Notes under the pieces: generated by a model | The model's database searches: none | Told to the model about the DNA's origin: nothing | The model's input: only the letters and a program-made list of their open reading frames with translations | NCBI GenBank assembly: GCA_902573015.1 | Contig: CACGIE010000001.1 | Location: forward strand, 8,528-72,527 | Direction: 5' to 3' | DNA length: 64,000 nucleotides | Origin: an uncultured Candidatus Poseidoniales archaeon | GTDB taxonomy: Archaea > Thermoplasmatota > Poseidoniia > Poseidoniales > Thalassarchaeaceae | Program-made: the position numbers and the translations under genes | Shown: piece after piece, positions 48,782 to 58,975 of the stretch | Numbering within the stretch: position 1 is the stretch's first letter | How the letters are laid out: the number at the start of each line of letters is the position of its first letter

Positions 48782-50491
48782 ATGACTGAGGAGGAAGTTT
48801 TCGGTCTGGAAGATCGGGATGCGGTTCGCAAGTATGCATTACAGAACGCTATAGAGTACAGCGGCAAAGGACAGTCTGGAAGCGTTCTAGGTAGAGTTCT
48901 TGCAGAGAGAGAACAACTGAGAACCCGTGTCAAGAGCCTACTACCGTTTGTAGAGAAAGAGGTCACAAGGGCTAATTCTATAGCTCGTGAAGAAGGAATC
49001 GAAGGGGTTCGTAAAGAGTTGGAGATTTTAGCTCCAGAGGCCCTAGATAGGGAGAGACATAAGAAAAATGAGGGTTTGAGGGATCTTCCAGGAAATACAT
49101 CAGAAGTAATCCTGAGATTCGCCCCTAATCCCAATGGCCCTTTATCCATAGGACATTCAAGAGGAGTGACTATCAATTCCCTGTACGCAGATAAATACCA
49201 AGGCAAAATAGTACTCAGGTTTGATGATACCGATACTAAGGTAAAACCTCCAATTGTTGATGCCTATGCTTGGATAGAAGAAGAGTTCGAATGGATGTCA
49301 GGAAAGGCTGCGGATGTGGTGATTAGAGCTAGCGAACGGATGCCAATATATCTCCAACACGCTGAGAAGATGTTGATTGGGGGTTTTGGCTATGTTTGCA
49401 AATGTACTGCTGAGGATTTTCGTGAGTTCAGAGTTTCAAAGACTGAATGTCCATGTAGAGATAATTCGGTCCAGCAGAACATGGACGATTGGAGCAAAAT
49501 GAACTCTGGAGAGATTGATGAGGGAGGAGCTGTTGTTAGGGTAAAGACCGAAATGGATCTGCCGAATCCCGCTTTGAGAGACTGGCCCGCACTAAGGATT
49601 CAGCATTCCCCGCATCCTATAGTTGGCGACACGTACAAGGTCTGGCCTCTGTTAGATTTCCAAAGCGCCATTGAAGATCATCTGCAAGGAGTAAGCCACA
49701 TCATCAGAGGAAAGGATTTGATGGATAGCACAAGAAAGCAGACTATTCTTTACGAACACTTCGGTTGGGAATATCCTGAGCCATTGTATTGGGGCAGGGT
49801 GAAGATCCATGAGTTTGGAGGTTTCTCTACCTCTGGGATGTCTTCATCCATCGATTCGGGTAAATTCTCGGGATGGGACGATCCGAGGCTTCCTACACTC
49901 AGAGCAATGCGGCGTCGCGGATTTGATCCTCGCTCTCTAGCAGAGCTTTGGGAAGAAGTTGGCCTTACTCAGAAGGATATCTCAATCTCGCTGAAGACAT
50001 TGGAGTCATTTAATTCTAGAATAATAGACGGGGATTGCGAAAGAAGGGTTTTCGTTTCGAATCCAAAAAGTCTGGATCTTAGTGCCGAAAATATCCCCTC
50101 AAGAGTGATGATGGCAAGACATCCAGATGGCGAAATAGAGGGTTTCAGGGTGTGGGAAGTCGGGATGACTGTATCGATTCAAGATAGTGACTTTGTCGAA
50201 GGAAAGCTGAGGCTGAAAGACTTCGCCGATATCATAATCTCAGGTTCATCTGCAACCATAGAGTCGGTTGATAGGGGCGATGATCGGAAAATAGTACATT
50301 GGATTCCAGAGAAGTTGTCCTTAGAAGCGATACTGTCAGTACCTGATGGTGAGGAGATTTCTGAGGTAAATGGGGTTCTAGAGGACTTTGAACTCACAGA
50401 GGGAGAAGTATACCAACTTGAGCGAGTCGGTTTTGCTAGATTCGAAGGGATTCATGACGGGATTGCAAGGCTCCTGTGGCTACACAATTAG
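48782..50491 (+). CDS. gltX: glutamyl-tRNA synthetase (archaeal type)
   Basis: LRFAPNPNGPLSIGHSRG (HIGH-type motif) and HIIRGKDLMDST. 569 aa, typical of archaeal GluRS. Confidence 0.9.
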   Translation: MTEEEVFGLEDRDAVRKYALQNAIEYSGKGQSGSVLGRVLAEREQLRTRVKSLLPFVEKEVTRANSIAREEGIEGVRKELEILAPEALDRERHKKNEGLRDLPGNTSEVILRFAPNPNGPLSIGHSRGVTINSLYADKYQGKIVLRFDDTDTKVKPPIVDAYAWIEEEFEWMSGKAADVVIRASERMPIYLQHAEKMLIGGFGYVCKCTAEDFREFRVSKTECPCRDNSVQQNMDDWSKMNSGEIDEGGAVVRVKTEMDLPNPALRDWPALRIQHSPHPIVGDTYKVWPLLDFQSAIEDHLQGVSHIIRGKDLMDSTRKQTILYEHFGWEYPEPLYWGRVKIHEFGGFSTSGMSSSIDSGKFSGWDDPRLPTLRAMRRRGFDPRSLAELWEEVGLTQKDISISLKTLESFNSRIIDGDCERRVFVSNPKSLDLSAENIPSRVMMARHPDGEIEGFRVWEVGMTVSIQDSDFVEGKLRLKDFADIIISGSSATIESVDRGDDRKIVHWIPEKLSLEAILSVPDGEEISEVNGVLEDFELTEGEVYQLERVGFARFEGIHDGIARLLWLHN

Positions 50492-50573
50492 TGAAGTTGA
50501 ATTTCCTTTAAACTGGCATATTTTCTCTGAAAGTTTGCGTGGCATTGAAGGGGCCCGTCCGAATCAGAGTAAC

Positions 50574-52583
50574 GTGGAAGGCGCCAGTTCAAGATTTGCA
50601 GTCATTTTTTCCTCGATGATGATAATGGTAGTTTTTTCTCCCATGATGGCTAATGCTCAAGAGAACAATGACTGCTGTGAATCTCCAGATGAGTTCGATT
50701 TATTCTTGATAGGAGACGCAGATAGTGGGCAACTGACCCCATTCTCTAATGAATTAGAGGAGGAGAAGTCCATGGAAGTGACTTCATCGGTTTTTGGAGA
50801 GGTTGAAATCGGTACCTGGATGATTGTTTGGGGAGAATCAGGGAGTTATTCTTCGGGAACGTGGACTTTCACCATCCCATATGAAGTGAAGGACTCTACT
50901 GGGGTATCTGCGAACGCAACAGTTGTAGTAAAGGTCGGCGGAAGTACATACGAAAGCTCGGGACAGCTCCCGGCAGTTTATCTAAGCGAATCGGGTGAGC
51001 TTTCTATTCCAATAGAGGTGCAAGACGGTCAATACTCTAAAAATGATAAGATCGAGATCACATTCTCAGTTAGGAGTATGATTTTTTCGAATCCGGGTAG
51101 TGAATCTGGAATAAACTTCTACTGGGGCTCAGAAGAGTATGCGGCTGCAATGTCCATGTCATTCCCGCTAGTAAATGTGGAAATTCGTGATGCTAGTGTC
51201 AAGGGAAGTCTGGTTTTCTTTCCAGTTAGACTGAGTTCTGGCTTTGGGGACAGAATATGGACCTCTTCATCTGGTGGCCTAATGGTTCAGAATGTTGAAA
51301 TCGCAGAAAGCCCGATTGTTAACTCCAATGAAGACTGGGTGGATGTGACGTTTGTTTGGGATCCTAGTGAGAGCAACGGAGGTTCGGTTAGGACTGATTT
51401 CCATATTTCTCTTCAGGGCTCACTAGTAATTGAAGCTAATAAAATTCATGATATTACGCTCGGCCAGGACACAGGAGACAATAGTTGGTATCCTGAGGAA
51501 GAGCCCCCTCGGACTGGAGGCTCGGGACTTGATGTTGAAATCAACTGCAAATATGACGGCAACTCTATTGAGAGAAAGACGACTATATCATTCGACGGTG
51601 CTATGTCTCAATGGATGAGATGGGGGCTAGACAATATTGGAAATAAGAGCCTGGGGTCAAACAGTTGGTGGAGAAATCTGAATACATTTTCAGATCAGGT
51701 TAGCTCTTCGGAGAAGCAGAATGGGAGAGTGGACAATTCAGAGTTGTCGGCCTTAGAAACCCATCTTAGAGGCTCGAAGACCGATCTTAAATCGTTCCTT
51801 TCCAGTGGTTTGATGGTTGATCCAGAGGCTGTTTTTGGCGTGGATCCAGTCAATTTCGGCCCTTTGGAGATTAGCATAGACTTGGGGGCTTCTAGAGCAT
51901 TTAATTCAGACTCTATTTCAATAAGAGTTTCATCGACATACTACGTCTCCGATAGTGGCTCCAGACAAGCACTGATTGAGGATTTTGTAAGACCGGGGGG
52001 CTATGATTTCTGGGATACGGTGGGACTCTCATTCGAGATAAGAACAGGAATGCTTTCTGGTTTCGGAGGGATATACCTAGACAATGAAGAGATAGACTAT
52101 ACTCATAGGAGGTGGATATTGATGGAAATAATCACTATGGAGAGTTCCGATATCGAATCCGATACAGACTTCAGAATGGAGTTTGGCGCCGAAAACGCCC
52201 TCCTCTTCAGTCCATTGATATCAGCAATGATTTCAGTATTCGCTCTTTGCTTGGCTCTAGGAATTGGCATGGCTCTAACTAGGAGGAGGACAAGAGCACC
52301 AAGTATGATTATGATTGGAGTTCTGGGCGTTCTATCGCTATCCATTTACTGGTTCGGTTTACCCATGCCAATAGTTCTAGGGGTTGTTAGTTCCAGCATA
52401 CTCCTTGTTTTCCCGGCTTCAGTAATTTCTCCGGTTGTTGAAGATGCGGGAGTTCAGAGAAATTCGAATAAGGGCGGAATGGTGAGATGTCCTTCGTGTG
52501 GAAAGAAAGTTCCTGTCGAGTCAGATATTAGACCACTGAGGATTGATTGCCCAGCATGTGGAAGCACCCTAAGGATCGAATAG
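50574..52583 (+). CDS. large surface protein with signal peptide, C-terminal TM helices and a cytoplasmic zinc ribbon; start uncertain (TTG 50535, GTG 50574 or ATG 50616)
   Basis: Signal-like FAVIFSSMMIMVVFSPMMANA, an extracytoplasmic region of about 520 aa, and TMs near FSPLISAMISVFALCLALGIGMAL and MIMIGVLGVLSLSIYWF. It ends VRCPSCGKKVPV...IDCPACGSTLRIE. Confidence 0.65.
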   Translation: MEGASSRFAVIFSSMMIMVVFSPMMANAQENNDCCESPDEFDLFLIGDADSGQLTPFSNELEEEKSMEVTSSVFGEVEIGTWMIVWGESGSYSSGTWTFTIPYEVKDSTGVSANATVVVKVGGSTYESSGQLPAVYLSESGELSIPIEVQDGQYSKNDKIEITFSVRSMIFSNPGSESGINFYWGSEEYAAAMSMSFPLVNVEIRDASVKGSLVFFPVRLSSGFGDRIWTSSSGGLMVQNVEIAESPIVNSNEDWVDVTFVWDPSESNGGSVRTDFHISLQGSLVIEANKIHDITLGQDTGDNSWYPEEEPPRTGGSGLDVEINCKYDGNSIERKTTISFDGAMSQWMRWGLDNIGNKSLGSNSWWRNLNTFSDQVSSSEKQNGRVDNSELSALETHLRGSKTDLKSFLSSGLMVDPEAVFGVDPVNFGPLEISIDLGASRAFNSDSISIRVSSTYYVSDSGSRQALIEDFVRPGGYDFWDTVGLSFEIRTGMLSGFGGIYLDNEEIDYTHRRWILMEIITMESSDIESDTDFRMEFGAENALLFSPLISAMISVFALCLALGIGMALTRRRTRAPSMIMIGVLGVLSLSIYWFGLPMPIVLGVVSSSILLVFPASVISPVVEDAGVQRNSNKGGMVRCPSCGKKVPVESDIRPLRIDCPACGSTLRIE

Positions 52584-53429
52584 TCATATCTGACCTAATG
52601 AGATAAGCAAATCTGCAATCTCGTTGGCTGCTTCTACAGGTTTTTTTGTATCCCAAAATGAGTTGGCCCTGAAAATCTGAGATGATAGATCCGATTCCCA
52701 ATTTGGAGCAACTACGCAATGCCAGAGTAGTTCCTCGACTCTGGTCGTTGAAGGGACCTTTGAATTGAAAATTGGCATAGCCAGTTCTCCCATTATTCGT
52801 TCTCTTTTCTCTAAATTGGAAGTTTTCCAAAGATCAGTTACTCTCCATAATTCGGTATCTTCAATCCATGGGTAATTATCAGATTCTGGAGATTTTACCT
52901 CAGTCACAGGAACTACTCTGATTACTCCTTGTTCAGAAAGATAGTCTCGGAGGAAGGAGTAAACTGGATCGTATGCCCTATCAAGTGAGTCGCCAATCCA
53001 ATTCCCTGAAAGGATCCAAGGTCTTAACCTTCTGAGCCTTTCACTGCTGGGATTGATCTCAGTAGCTAGAAAATGCGCTTGTGCTACAGTAGATAGTGGC
53101 CCCTTCCTGGAGTCTCCGGAACTACCCCTAAGCCCTTCAACGACGAACTCGGAGATTACAATCCCATTATTCGAGGTTCTTCCTATACCAGAGTCTTCAG
53201 CGACGCGCACGAATGTCTCTGAATCTGGACTTTGATCTGTGAATCTTCTACGATAAGGAAGGCCCGAATCAAGAAGTGCAGCCTCGATGGGAGATAGAGT
53301 TAATGCCCCTCTGATATTTGGTTCAGAGATTAGGAGTATCTTCTTCTTTCTATTACAAACTTCTCTTGCAAAGTTACGAAATGGTTCCCTAATGGAAGAG
53401 AAAACGTCGAGCTCTGATATATCTCTCAC
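52584..53429 (-). CDS. hypothetical protein; possibly a truncated, catalytically degenerate DHH (RecJ/GAN/Cdc45-like) domain
   Basis: 281 aa. KKILLISEPNIRGALTLSPIEAALLDSGLPY lines up by eye with the DHH motif I/II region (v.ivsH.DaDGitSaail...L), but DxD/DHH residues are replaced. Lies directly downstream of rps15. Confidence 0.4.
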   Translation of the reverse strand: MRDISELDVFSSIREPFRNFAREVCNRKKKILLISEPNIRGALTLSPIEAALLDSGLPYRRRFTDQSPDSETFVRVAEDSGIGRTSNNGIVISEFVVEGLRGSSGDSRKGPLSTVAQAHFLATEINPSSERLRRLRPWILSGNWIGDSLDRAYDPVYSFLRDYLSEQGVIRVVPVTEVKSPESDNYPWIEDTELWRVTDLWKTSNLEKRERIMGELAMPIFNSKVPSTTRVEELLWHCVVAPNWESDLSSQIFRANSFWDTKKPVEAANEIADLLISLGQI

Positions 53430-53466
53430 AATGCCTCGTATGAGAGGGAGTACAAATCTCTAGTGA

Positions 53467-53922
53467 TTACTCGACCATTAGCCTTAGTTGGTCCCTCTTG
53501 TAGGTCCAATCTGAGTCAATCTGATTGTTCTCCCTGTAGTATCTAGAAAGCCGTCTGATCTTGGATTCACACAGTTCTAGCTGCCTTCTATTATGGATAT
53601 CCTTGGAATTCTGAGTGAGGTGGTCAATCAATCTCAGAGCTCTCCTCATCAGGCTCATGAGATCTTCCGGTAGCTTTCCGGACTTGCCCAGTCTCCCCAG
53701 GGTTTGAGAAATTCTTTCCCCGGTCACAAGTCTTACGTTAGGAACTCCATGTTTGTCCCTAAGTATGGTGCCAATTGATGCGTTTGAGTTTCCTTCTTCG
53801 GAGAGTTGAAGAATTAGTTCCTCAACTTCCTTCTTATCAGAATTTGACCACTCTGGAGGAGTCTGAGAATGGGGTTTGCTGGAACCGCTGGTCCCCTTTC
53901 CCTTACTGTGCATCCTAGACAA
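53467..53922 (-). CDS. rps15: 30S ribosomal protein S15 (uS15, S13e type)
   Basis: MSRMHSKGKGTSGS..P....PEW, IGTILRDKHGVP, PEDLMSLMRRALRL..HL and ESKIRRLSRYY. Confidence 0.92.
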   Translation of the reverse strand: MSRMHSKGKGTSGSSKPHSQTPPEWSNSDKKEVEELILQLSEEGNSNASIGTILRDKHGVPNVRLVTGERISQTLGRLGKSGKLPEDLMSLMRRALRLIDHLTQNSKDIHNRRQLELCESKIRRLSRYYRENNQIDSDWTYKRDQLRLMVE

Positions 53923-53995
53923 TTGTATTCCTCAGGAGCCCGGCGACCTGCTGTCCCTCTTTAACCGCTACGCCGTGAATGACATTGATATTGGG

Positions 53996-55774
53996 TCAAA
54001 GCCTATGTCTTGACTTTGCCAGTTTTCCTGGTCCAAATGGCCATTCCCACCCTGGTGCAACTGCCCTAGCAGAGCCCAGGAGTTCACCTTCCTGAATTAC
54101 AGCCAATTCGTCGCTAATAAGGATAGAGGGGTCATAATCCGCAATCATGTTCGGGAAGATATCCCCTGTCCATTCAATTTCAGGAAAAAGTTCTACTTTC
54201 CTAAGTATGCCAAGGCTCCACAGATCCTTGAGGCTGGCCTTTGAGAATAGGAATCTACCCCTTCGAGGGTCCCATTTTGCCATCTGTTCTCCATCTTTCG
54301 AGATGGTGAAGATTGGTGGCCTCCCTCGTATCTGACAACCATCTAGCCATTCATCAGAGCCCAATTTGAACCTAGATATAGATTTCAGCTTCTCCTCCCT
54401 AGGGCTGAAATCTAATTCTCCAGACTCATTTTCGAACGAGGAAGATACGGCTTCCTTCAGTCTAGCTAGGGAGTCCTTTGACCCCGCTGATTCTCCCTTC
54501 CTAGTATCGATTTCATTTATTCCAACTAAGCCAGTTTCTATTCCGGAATGATTTACAATAGAAGAATAGCCAACCCTCTCAACGAGTCTACTTAGCATCT
54601 GTCTGATTATCGATAATTCATCTTTATCCCAATCTCCCGTTACAGGGATGTCGTAGTGTGCAGCAGGCCAAATATCCTCCAATTCCCTAGGAACTAATCC
54701 CAGAGGGGATGTGACCATGACCTCATGCACTCTTCTATTGCCTATTGATTTCCTAAATCTAAAGTGGCTTTTTGATAGCCTGTAGGGCTTCTTGGCAGAA
54801 CAAGGAAGTAATACCAAGACGTCTCTCATTCTCATAGAGGGCTCATATTTCTCTGAAATCTCCTCCCTCCAAAGACGGATTGTTACATCGTTCCTACTTT
54901 CGAATGAGTGACATCTTAATTGTGTTCCAAACTGTACAGAGCTTTGTGTCATACCTAGTTTTCCAGACTTCTCGAGAGTAAGTTGATCATGCCGCCTAAG
55001 ATGCTCCACGGACCTAGGACTAGACTTACTCTGAAGTTCAGCCAACTCCCTCAATGAACCTGCCCTAATTGCAGACCTAGTGGATGAAATTGAATTGGTC
55101 CACATTTGACACTGGGAGGCCATTGAGCAGTCCTCCTTGGTTGAAGGCTCAGGGAGTCTTGGTCCGGATTCAGTCAGTAGTACGCCGAGTGATGAGGCTT
55201 GTCTGGATCTAGCCAGATCAAAAATGTCTACCCCCATCCAAGAAAGTAGTGCGCAATTGTCAGGACCCGATATCCCAGGGGCCCAAATCAATGAGGATGG
55301 GAAGTGAGTTCTGATGGTAAAGAGTGCAGTTTCAATCAATCCAGTATTTTTCGAAAGCTGTGGGGCATCCATTAACGCAATTATGGAAGGCTGGAAGCTC
55401 GATTTTAGTAAGGATGAGTCGTGGTGCAATGAACTCCAAGTTACTGGTAAAAACTCAGTACCAGAGGGGAATTCACCAGAGTTTGAGTCAATTAGGCTGG
55501 GCGGAAGGGATAAGCCCTGAGAAGCTGCCCATGTGTCTTTTCTATCGAATGGGTAGCATAATTTTGCACGTGTAGATATTTCCATTGAAGAAGGGATCAC
55601 AGAGTTATCTAATTTCAGATTCAACGGAGCGATGGAAATTGGCAATTCAGGGTCATTTTCGCCGATGATAAGACATGGGGAATATGATTCGGGAGAATTC
55701 CTATCTCCAATAGAGAATAGTCTGGAGAACCTATCTCTGGAGATAGTGCTCCTAGCTAGGGGCCGCTCTTCCAT
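53996..55774 (-). CDS. arcS: archaeosine synthase ArcS (TgtA2-like: TGT-like N-domain, Cys/Lys-motif central domain, PUA)
   Basis: 592 aa. LLPCSAKKPYRLSKSH (central ArcS motif) and a C-terminal PUA-like ...ISDELAVIQEGELLGSARAVAPGWEW. Confidence 0.72.
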   Translation of the reverse strand: MEERPLARSTISRDRFSRLFSIGDRNSPESYSPCLIIGENDPELPISIAPLNLKLDNSVIPSSMEISTRAKLCYPFDRKDTWAASQGLSLPPSLIDSNSGEFPSGTEFLPVTWSSLHHDSSLLKSSFQPSIIALMDAPQLSKNTGLIETALFTIRTHFPSSLIWAPGISGPDNCALLSWMGVDIFDLARSRQASSLGVLLTESGPRLPEPSTKEDCSMASQCQMWTNSISSTRSAIRAGSLRELAELQSKSSPRSVEHLRRHDQLTLEKSGKLGMTQSSVQFGTQLRCHSFESRNDVTIRLWREEISEKYEPSMRMRDVLVLLPCSAKKPYRLSKSHFRFRKSIGNRRVHEVMVTSPLGLVPRELEDIWPAAHYDIPVTGDWDKDELSIIRQMLSRLVERVGYSSIVNHSGIETGLVGINEIDTRKGESAGSKDSLARLKEAVSSSFENESGELDFSPREEKLKSISRFKLGSDEWLDGCQIRGRPPIFTISKDGEQMAKWDPRRGRFLFSKASLKDLWSLGILRKVELFPEIEWTGDIFPNMIADYDPSILISDELAVIQEGELLGSARAVAPGWEWPFGPGKLAKSRHRL

Positions 55775-55836
55775 CGGCTATCGATGGAAGCATTTCGCTT
55801 GAAGGATTCTAAGACCTAGTTGTTCTCGCGATAACT

Positions 55837-56937
55837 ATGGAGGGCCGGAATCTCGCGATTTCTATAGCAGTATTTGCGATGATTTCCTTGACAAAGGGTG
55901 CTGTTGCCGATTCGGATTTTCTGATTGAAGAGGACTTAGACTCGCCTGAAACAATATGGGGTTCAGAAGGAGTAGGGGGCAATTGGATTATAGTGCCAGA
56001 GAATAATTCTACCATACTAGGAACCTTCGAATTGAATGACTCTGTTGACCTGTATGCTATTGAGATTTCATCTTCAAACTGGACAACAATTAGATTCTCT
56101 GTATCTGGTAACGACTCGGTGAGCATTAGCATACAAAGACTCAATCAAAGTACTTGGTCAATAGAAGAGTATGCCAACGAAGACATTGGCGAGATTTCAC
56201 TGGATCAAGGATTCCATGCAATAAGGCTGGAGAGGCTAGGAAGTTACGAGGAGGAAGTGGATTATCGATTCATCATTAGGAACATGGGGAGCTTCGATGA
56301 ATCAGGAGAGTATGTGAATCTAGCTTGGATGTTCGCTCCTTTCTATGTATTCGCCGGTTTATTCCTGATCCTTCCAATGCTGGTAGTAATCTGGTGGAAT
56401 AGGGGAAATATTCTATCTTCGTCCTTTGGAAGCAGCGAATTGGAAGAGAGTGAGATACAGGTTTTGAGTTTACTGAGGGAAAGATTCTCCGCCGATAAGA
56501 GCAGCGTGGATTTTGAGGAAATTAATGAAGCGCTTTCAACTCTAGGCAGAGATTCTTGGAATGCAATTTCTGAAGAGTTCGGAAAACCAGAGATAAGACA
56601 TTTCACGGAAAATATAGATATTTCATTGTGGCGACTGAAGGGGGGTTCTGGATCATTTCTAATAGGAATTAAGACAGATCGATCGAAATGGGAAATGGCG
56701 GCGATTAGAATCGACACTCCGCTTGGTGAGCCGATAAAAATTGACAGTGTCGTTCCTGAAATGATGTTCCAGGATGACGAAATATATCTCGGAAATCTGG
56801 AAGAGGGAACTACTACCTTTATTCAGCTAGAAGTTATTGGTAAAGCTCCAGGGGCAGAAATACACATCTCTGGAATAGTTGAGGGGAGTCCGATTGCAGC
56901 GGTTCCACCAAAGACCATAGCAATGGAGGAAGAATAA
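55837..56937 (+). CDS. single-pass membrane protein: signal peptide, small extracellular beta domain, TM, cytoplasmic domain; unknown function
   Basis: MEGRNLAISIAVFAMISLTKGAVA, and TM FAPFYVFAGLFLILPMLVVIWW. Confidence 0.6.
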   Translation: MEGRNLAISIAVFAMISLTKGAVADSDFLIEEDLDSPETIWGSEGVGGNWIIVPENNSTILGTFELNDSVDLYAIEISSSNWTTIRFSVSGNDSVSISIQRLNQSTWSIEEYANEDIGEISLDQGFHAIRLERLGSYEEEVDYRFIIRNMGSFDESGEYVNLAWMFAPFYVFAGLFLILPMLVVIWWNRGNILSSSFGSSELEESEIQVLSLLRERFSADKSSVDFEEINEALSTLGRDSWNAISEEFGKPEIRHFTENIDISLWRLKGGSGSFLIGIKTDRSKWEMAAIRIDTPLGEPIKIDSVVPEMMFQDDEIYLGNLEEGTTTFIQLEVIGKAPGAEIHISGIVEGSPIAAVPPKTIAMEEE

Positions 56938-56939
56938 CT

Positions 56940-58082
56940 CTAACGGCCCCTTCTAGAGCTGGCTTCCTCCCTAATTCTCTCTTCTACCGGAGGAATTGAT
57001 TCTTCAAGTTCAGCTCTGATTTCTTTGATCTTATTCTTGAGAGAACGAGTAGTCTTTTTTGGAGATTGAAGTCTGAGAACTACAGTAACTGAACCTCTTC
57101 TGGAAGAGTTTCCATTGAAGGGTAGGCCCCTTCCATGAATGGTGATTGTTTCGCCCGGATTAGAGCTAGGGGGCACCTTTATTGTCAGATTTTCAGAATC
57201 GATATGGGGTATCTCTACTGTAGTTCCCAGTGTCAGGTCAGCGAAACTAAGTGGAAGTGCCATTAGAAGATCCGCCCCATCTCTTTCGAACCATTGGTGT
57301 TTTTCTACATCTATCTCGATGTATAGATCTCCTGGATATCCGTTTAGAGAGTTTGGAGCTTCGCCCTGTCCGCGCATTCTAAGACGATTACCCGATGTGA
57401 TTCCCGGACTAACAGAGAATTTTACCCTAATTGACTGCAATGATCTACCATCCCCCTTACATTCGGAGCAGGGGTCAGTGACAATCCTCCCGGAACCCCT
57501 GCATGGTGCGCAATCCTTCCTTACTCGTTGTCTGAATGGACCGATCATCGAAATCTCATCAATCCTACCCCTTCCCTCGCAAGAGGGGCAAGTTCTAGAT
57601 CCTCCTTCGATATTTGATCCGGAGCCATTGCATGGAGGACAATTCTTCAGTACTTCAATTTCTATATCATCATCCAAACCATCCATCGCAGCCTGAAACG
57701 GGACTGAATGTCTGACCAAGAGGTCGGATCCATGTGATCTGTCTTGCTGCTGACCACCGAAGAATTGACTAAAAATTGATTCAAAGCCTCCTCCGAATAG
57801 GTCATCAAAATTGATATCTACGCCCTGAAAGCCACGAGATCCGAATGGGGATCCTCCTGGTCTTTCGTGACCAAAGACATCGTACTTCCTCCTTTCTTCT
57901 GGATTGGAAAGTATTGCGTATGCCTCTTGGATCTCCTTGAACATTGATTCTGCCTCGGGGTCATCAGGGTTCTTGTCTGGGTGGTATTTTCTAGCCAATG
58001 AACGAAATGACTGTTTTATTTGGTCCTCGGAAGCATCCTTGGAAATGCCAAGAACATCGTAATAGTCTCGCTTACCAGACAT
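56940..58082 (-). CDS. dnaJ: chaperone DnaJ
   Basis: J domain DYYDVLGISKDAS...KYHPDKN, a G/F region, and four CxxCxGxG repeats (CPPCNGSG, CPSCEGRG, CAPCRGSG, CSECKGDG). Confidence 0.95.
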   Translation of the reverse strand: MSGKRDYYDVLGISKDASEDQIKQSFRSLARKYHPDKNPDDPEAESMFKEIQEAYAILSNPEERRKYDVFGHERPGGSPFGSRGFQGVDINFDDLFGGGFESIFSQFFGGQQQDRSHGSDLLVRHSVPFQAAMDGLDDDIEIEVLKNCPPCNGSGSNIEGGSRTCPSCEGRGRIDEISMIGPFRQRVRKDCAPCRGSGRIVTDPCSECKGDGRSLQSIRVKFSVSPGITSGNRLRMRGQGEAPNSLNGYPGDLYIEIDVEKHQWFERDGADLLMALPLSFADLTLGTTVEIPHIDSENLTIKVPPSSNPGETITIHGRGLPFNGNSSRRGSVTVVLRLQSPKKTTRSLKNKIKEIRAELEESIPPVEERIREEASSRRGR

Positions 58083-58127
58083 AGGCCCGACTTAGGCCCC
58101 GAAAGGAGTCATATCAACCGTTCCCCA

Positions 58128-58964
58128 TCAATTCATGAAAGAACCACATGATGTGCAATAATCTGAAACTGCGTCGTTATACGTGGAGCATGAGTTACAG
58201 AATCTAGTTTTCTTTTGTGTACCGTCTGGAATCACCCACTGAGAGCCTCCAGCAGAACTAAACGAACGAGAATCATCGATTCTCTCTTTAGTAATGGATT
58301 GTTTTTTCTTTACTTCTTGCTTATGCTTTTCCGCTCTCTTGTTTGCTGATTTATCGACCAAAGAAGAGAAGAAATTCGCTACTAACTCCCGAATTTTTCT
58401 CTCAGGCAATTTTTGTTCGTCCTTTCTTTCCTTGATGATTTCAATTCCATCCACAGAAACAGAATATTCAGAGTCACCTTCATTGTGCTCTAATTCTTCC
58501 AATTCTCTATTGAGTTGACCTATACTGCCTTGCATCCTCCTCCTCGAGTGTGAGGCCTTTCTCCCCTTGAAGTCAGAATGCGCCCTTGCCTCTAGCCTCT
58601 GAATAGCCAGATCCCCCTTTTCCCAGAGGCCCTTATCTTCCATTTTGTAGGTTCTAGACAGGGCATCTATGGCCTTAGAGCGACGGAATTCGTGATCAAG
58701 CACTCGAGAGTACCTAAAGGCCATAATTATCCCAATTGTCGTAGCAAATAAATGAGTCAGGATCTGCCCTAAATTGTCATTTGTAAGGGCTTCATCTAGT
58801 TCAGGAGATAGGGTCCTGAATGCAATTACAATGATATTTGGAATCATAATTAGTGCAAGTGAGACTAGGCCAGAACGTTGGACCATGGATAATCGTGAGT
58901 TGAAATTGGTTTGAATTTTCGTGAAAAATGGACAATTCTGGTTATCACTATTAATACCCAGCAA
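58128..58964 (-). CDS. membrane protein with coiled-coil segment and C-terminal zinc ribbon, hypothetical (possible start at 58886)
   Basis: Two TM segments, a K/E/R-rich central region, and the ending CNSCSTYNDAVSDYCTSCGSFMN. Confidence 0.5.
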   Translation of the reverse strand: MLGINSDNQNCPFFTKIQTNFNSRLSMVQRSGLVSLALIMIPNIIVIAFRTLSPELDEALTNDNLGQILTHLFATTIGIIMAFRYSRVLDHEFRRSKAIDALSRTYKMEDKGLWEKGDLAIQRLEARAHSDFKGRKASHSRRRMQGSIGQLNRELEELEHNEGDSEYSVSVDGIEIIKERKDEQKLPERKIRELVANFFSSLVDKSANKRAEKHKQEVKKKQSITKERIDDSRSFSSAGGSQWVIPDGTQKKTRFCNSCSTYNDAVSDYCTSCGSFMN

Positions 58965-58975
58965 TTCCGAAGAGT

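Noticed and set aside
50388-50573. Upstream part of ORF 50388-52583 overlapping the gltX 3' end
   Set aside because: It overlaps the well-supported GluRS C-terminus in another frame. A signal-peptide-like segment begins only after GTG 50574 / ATG 50616.
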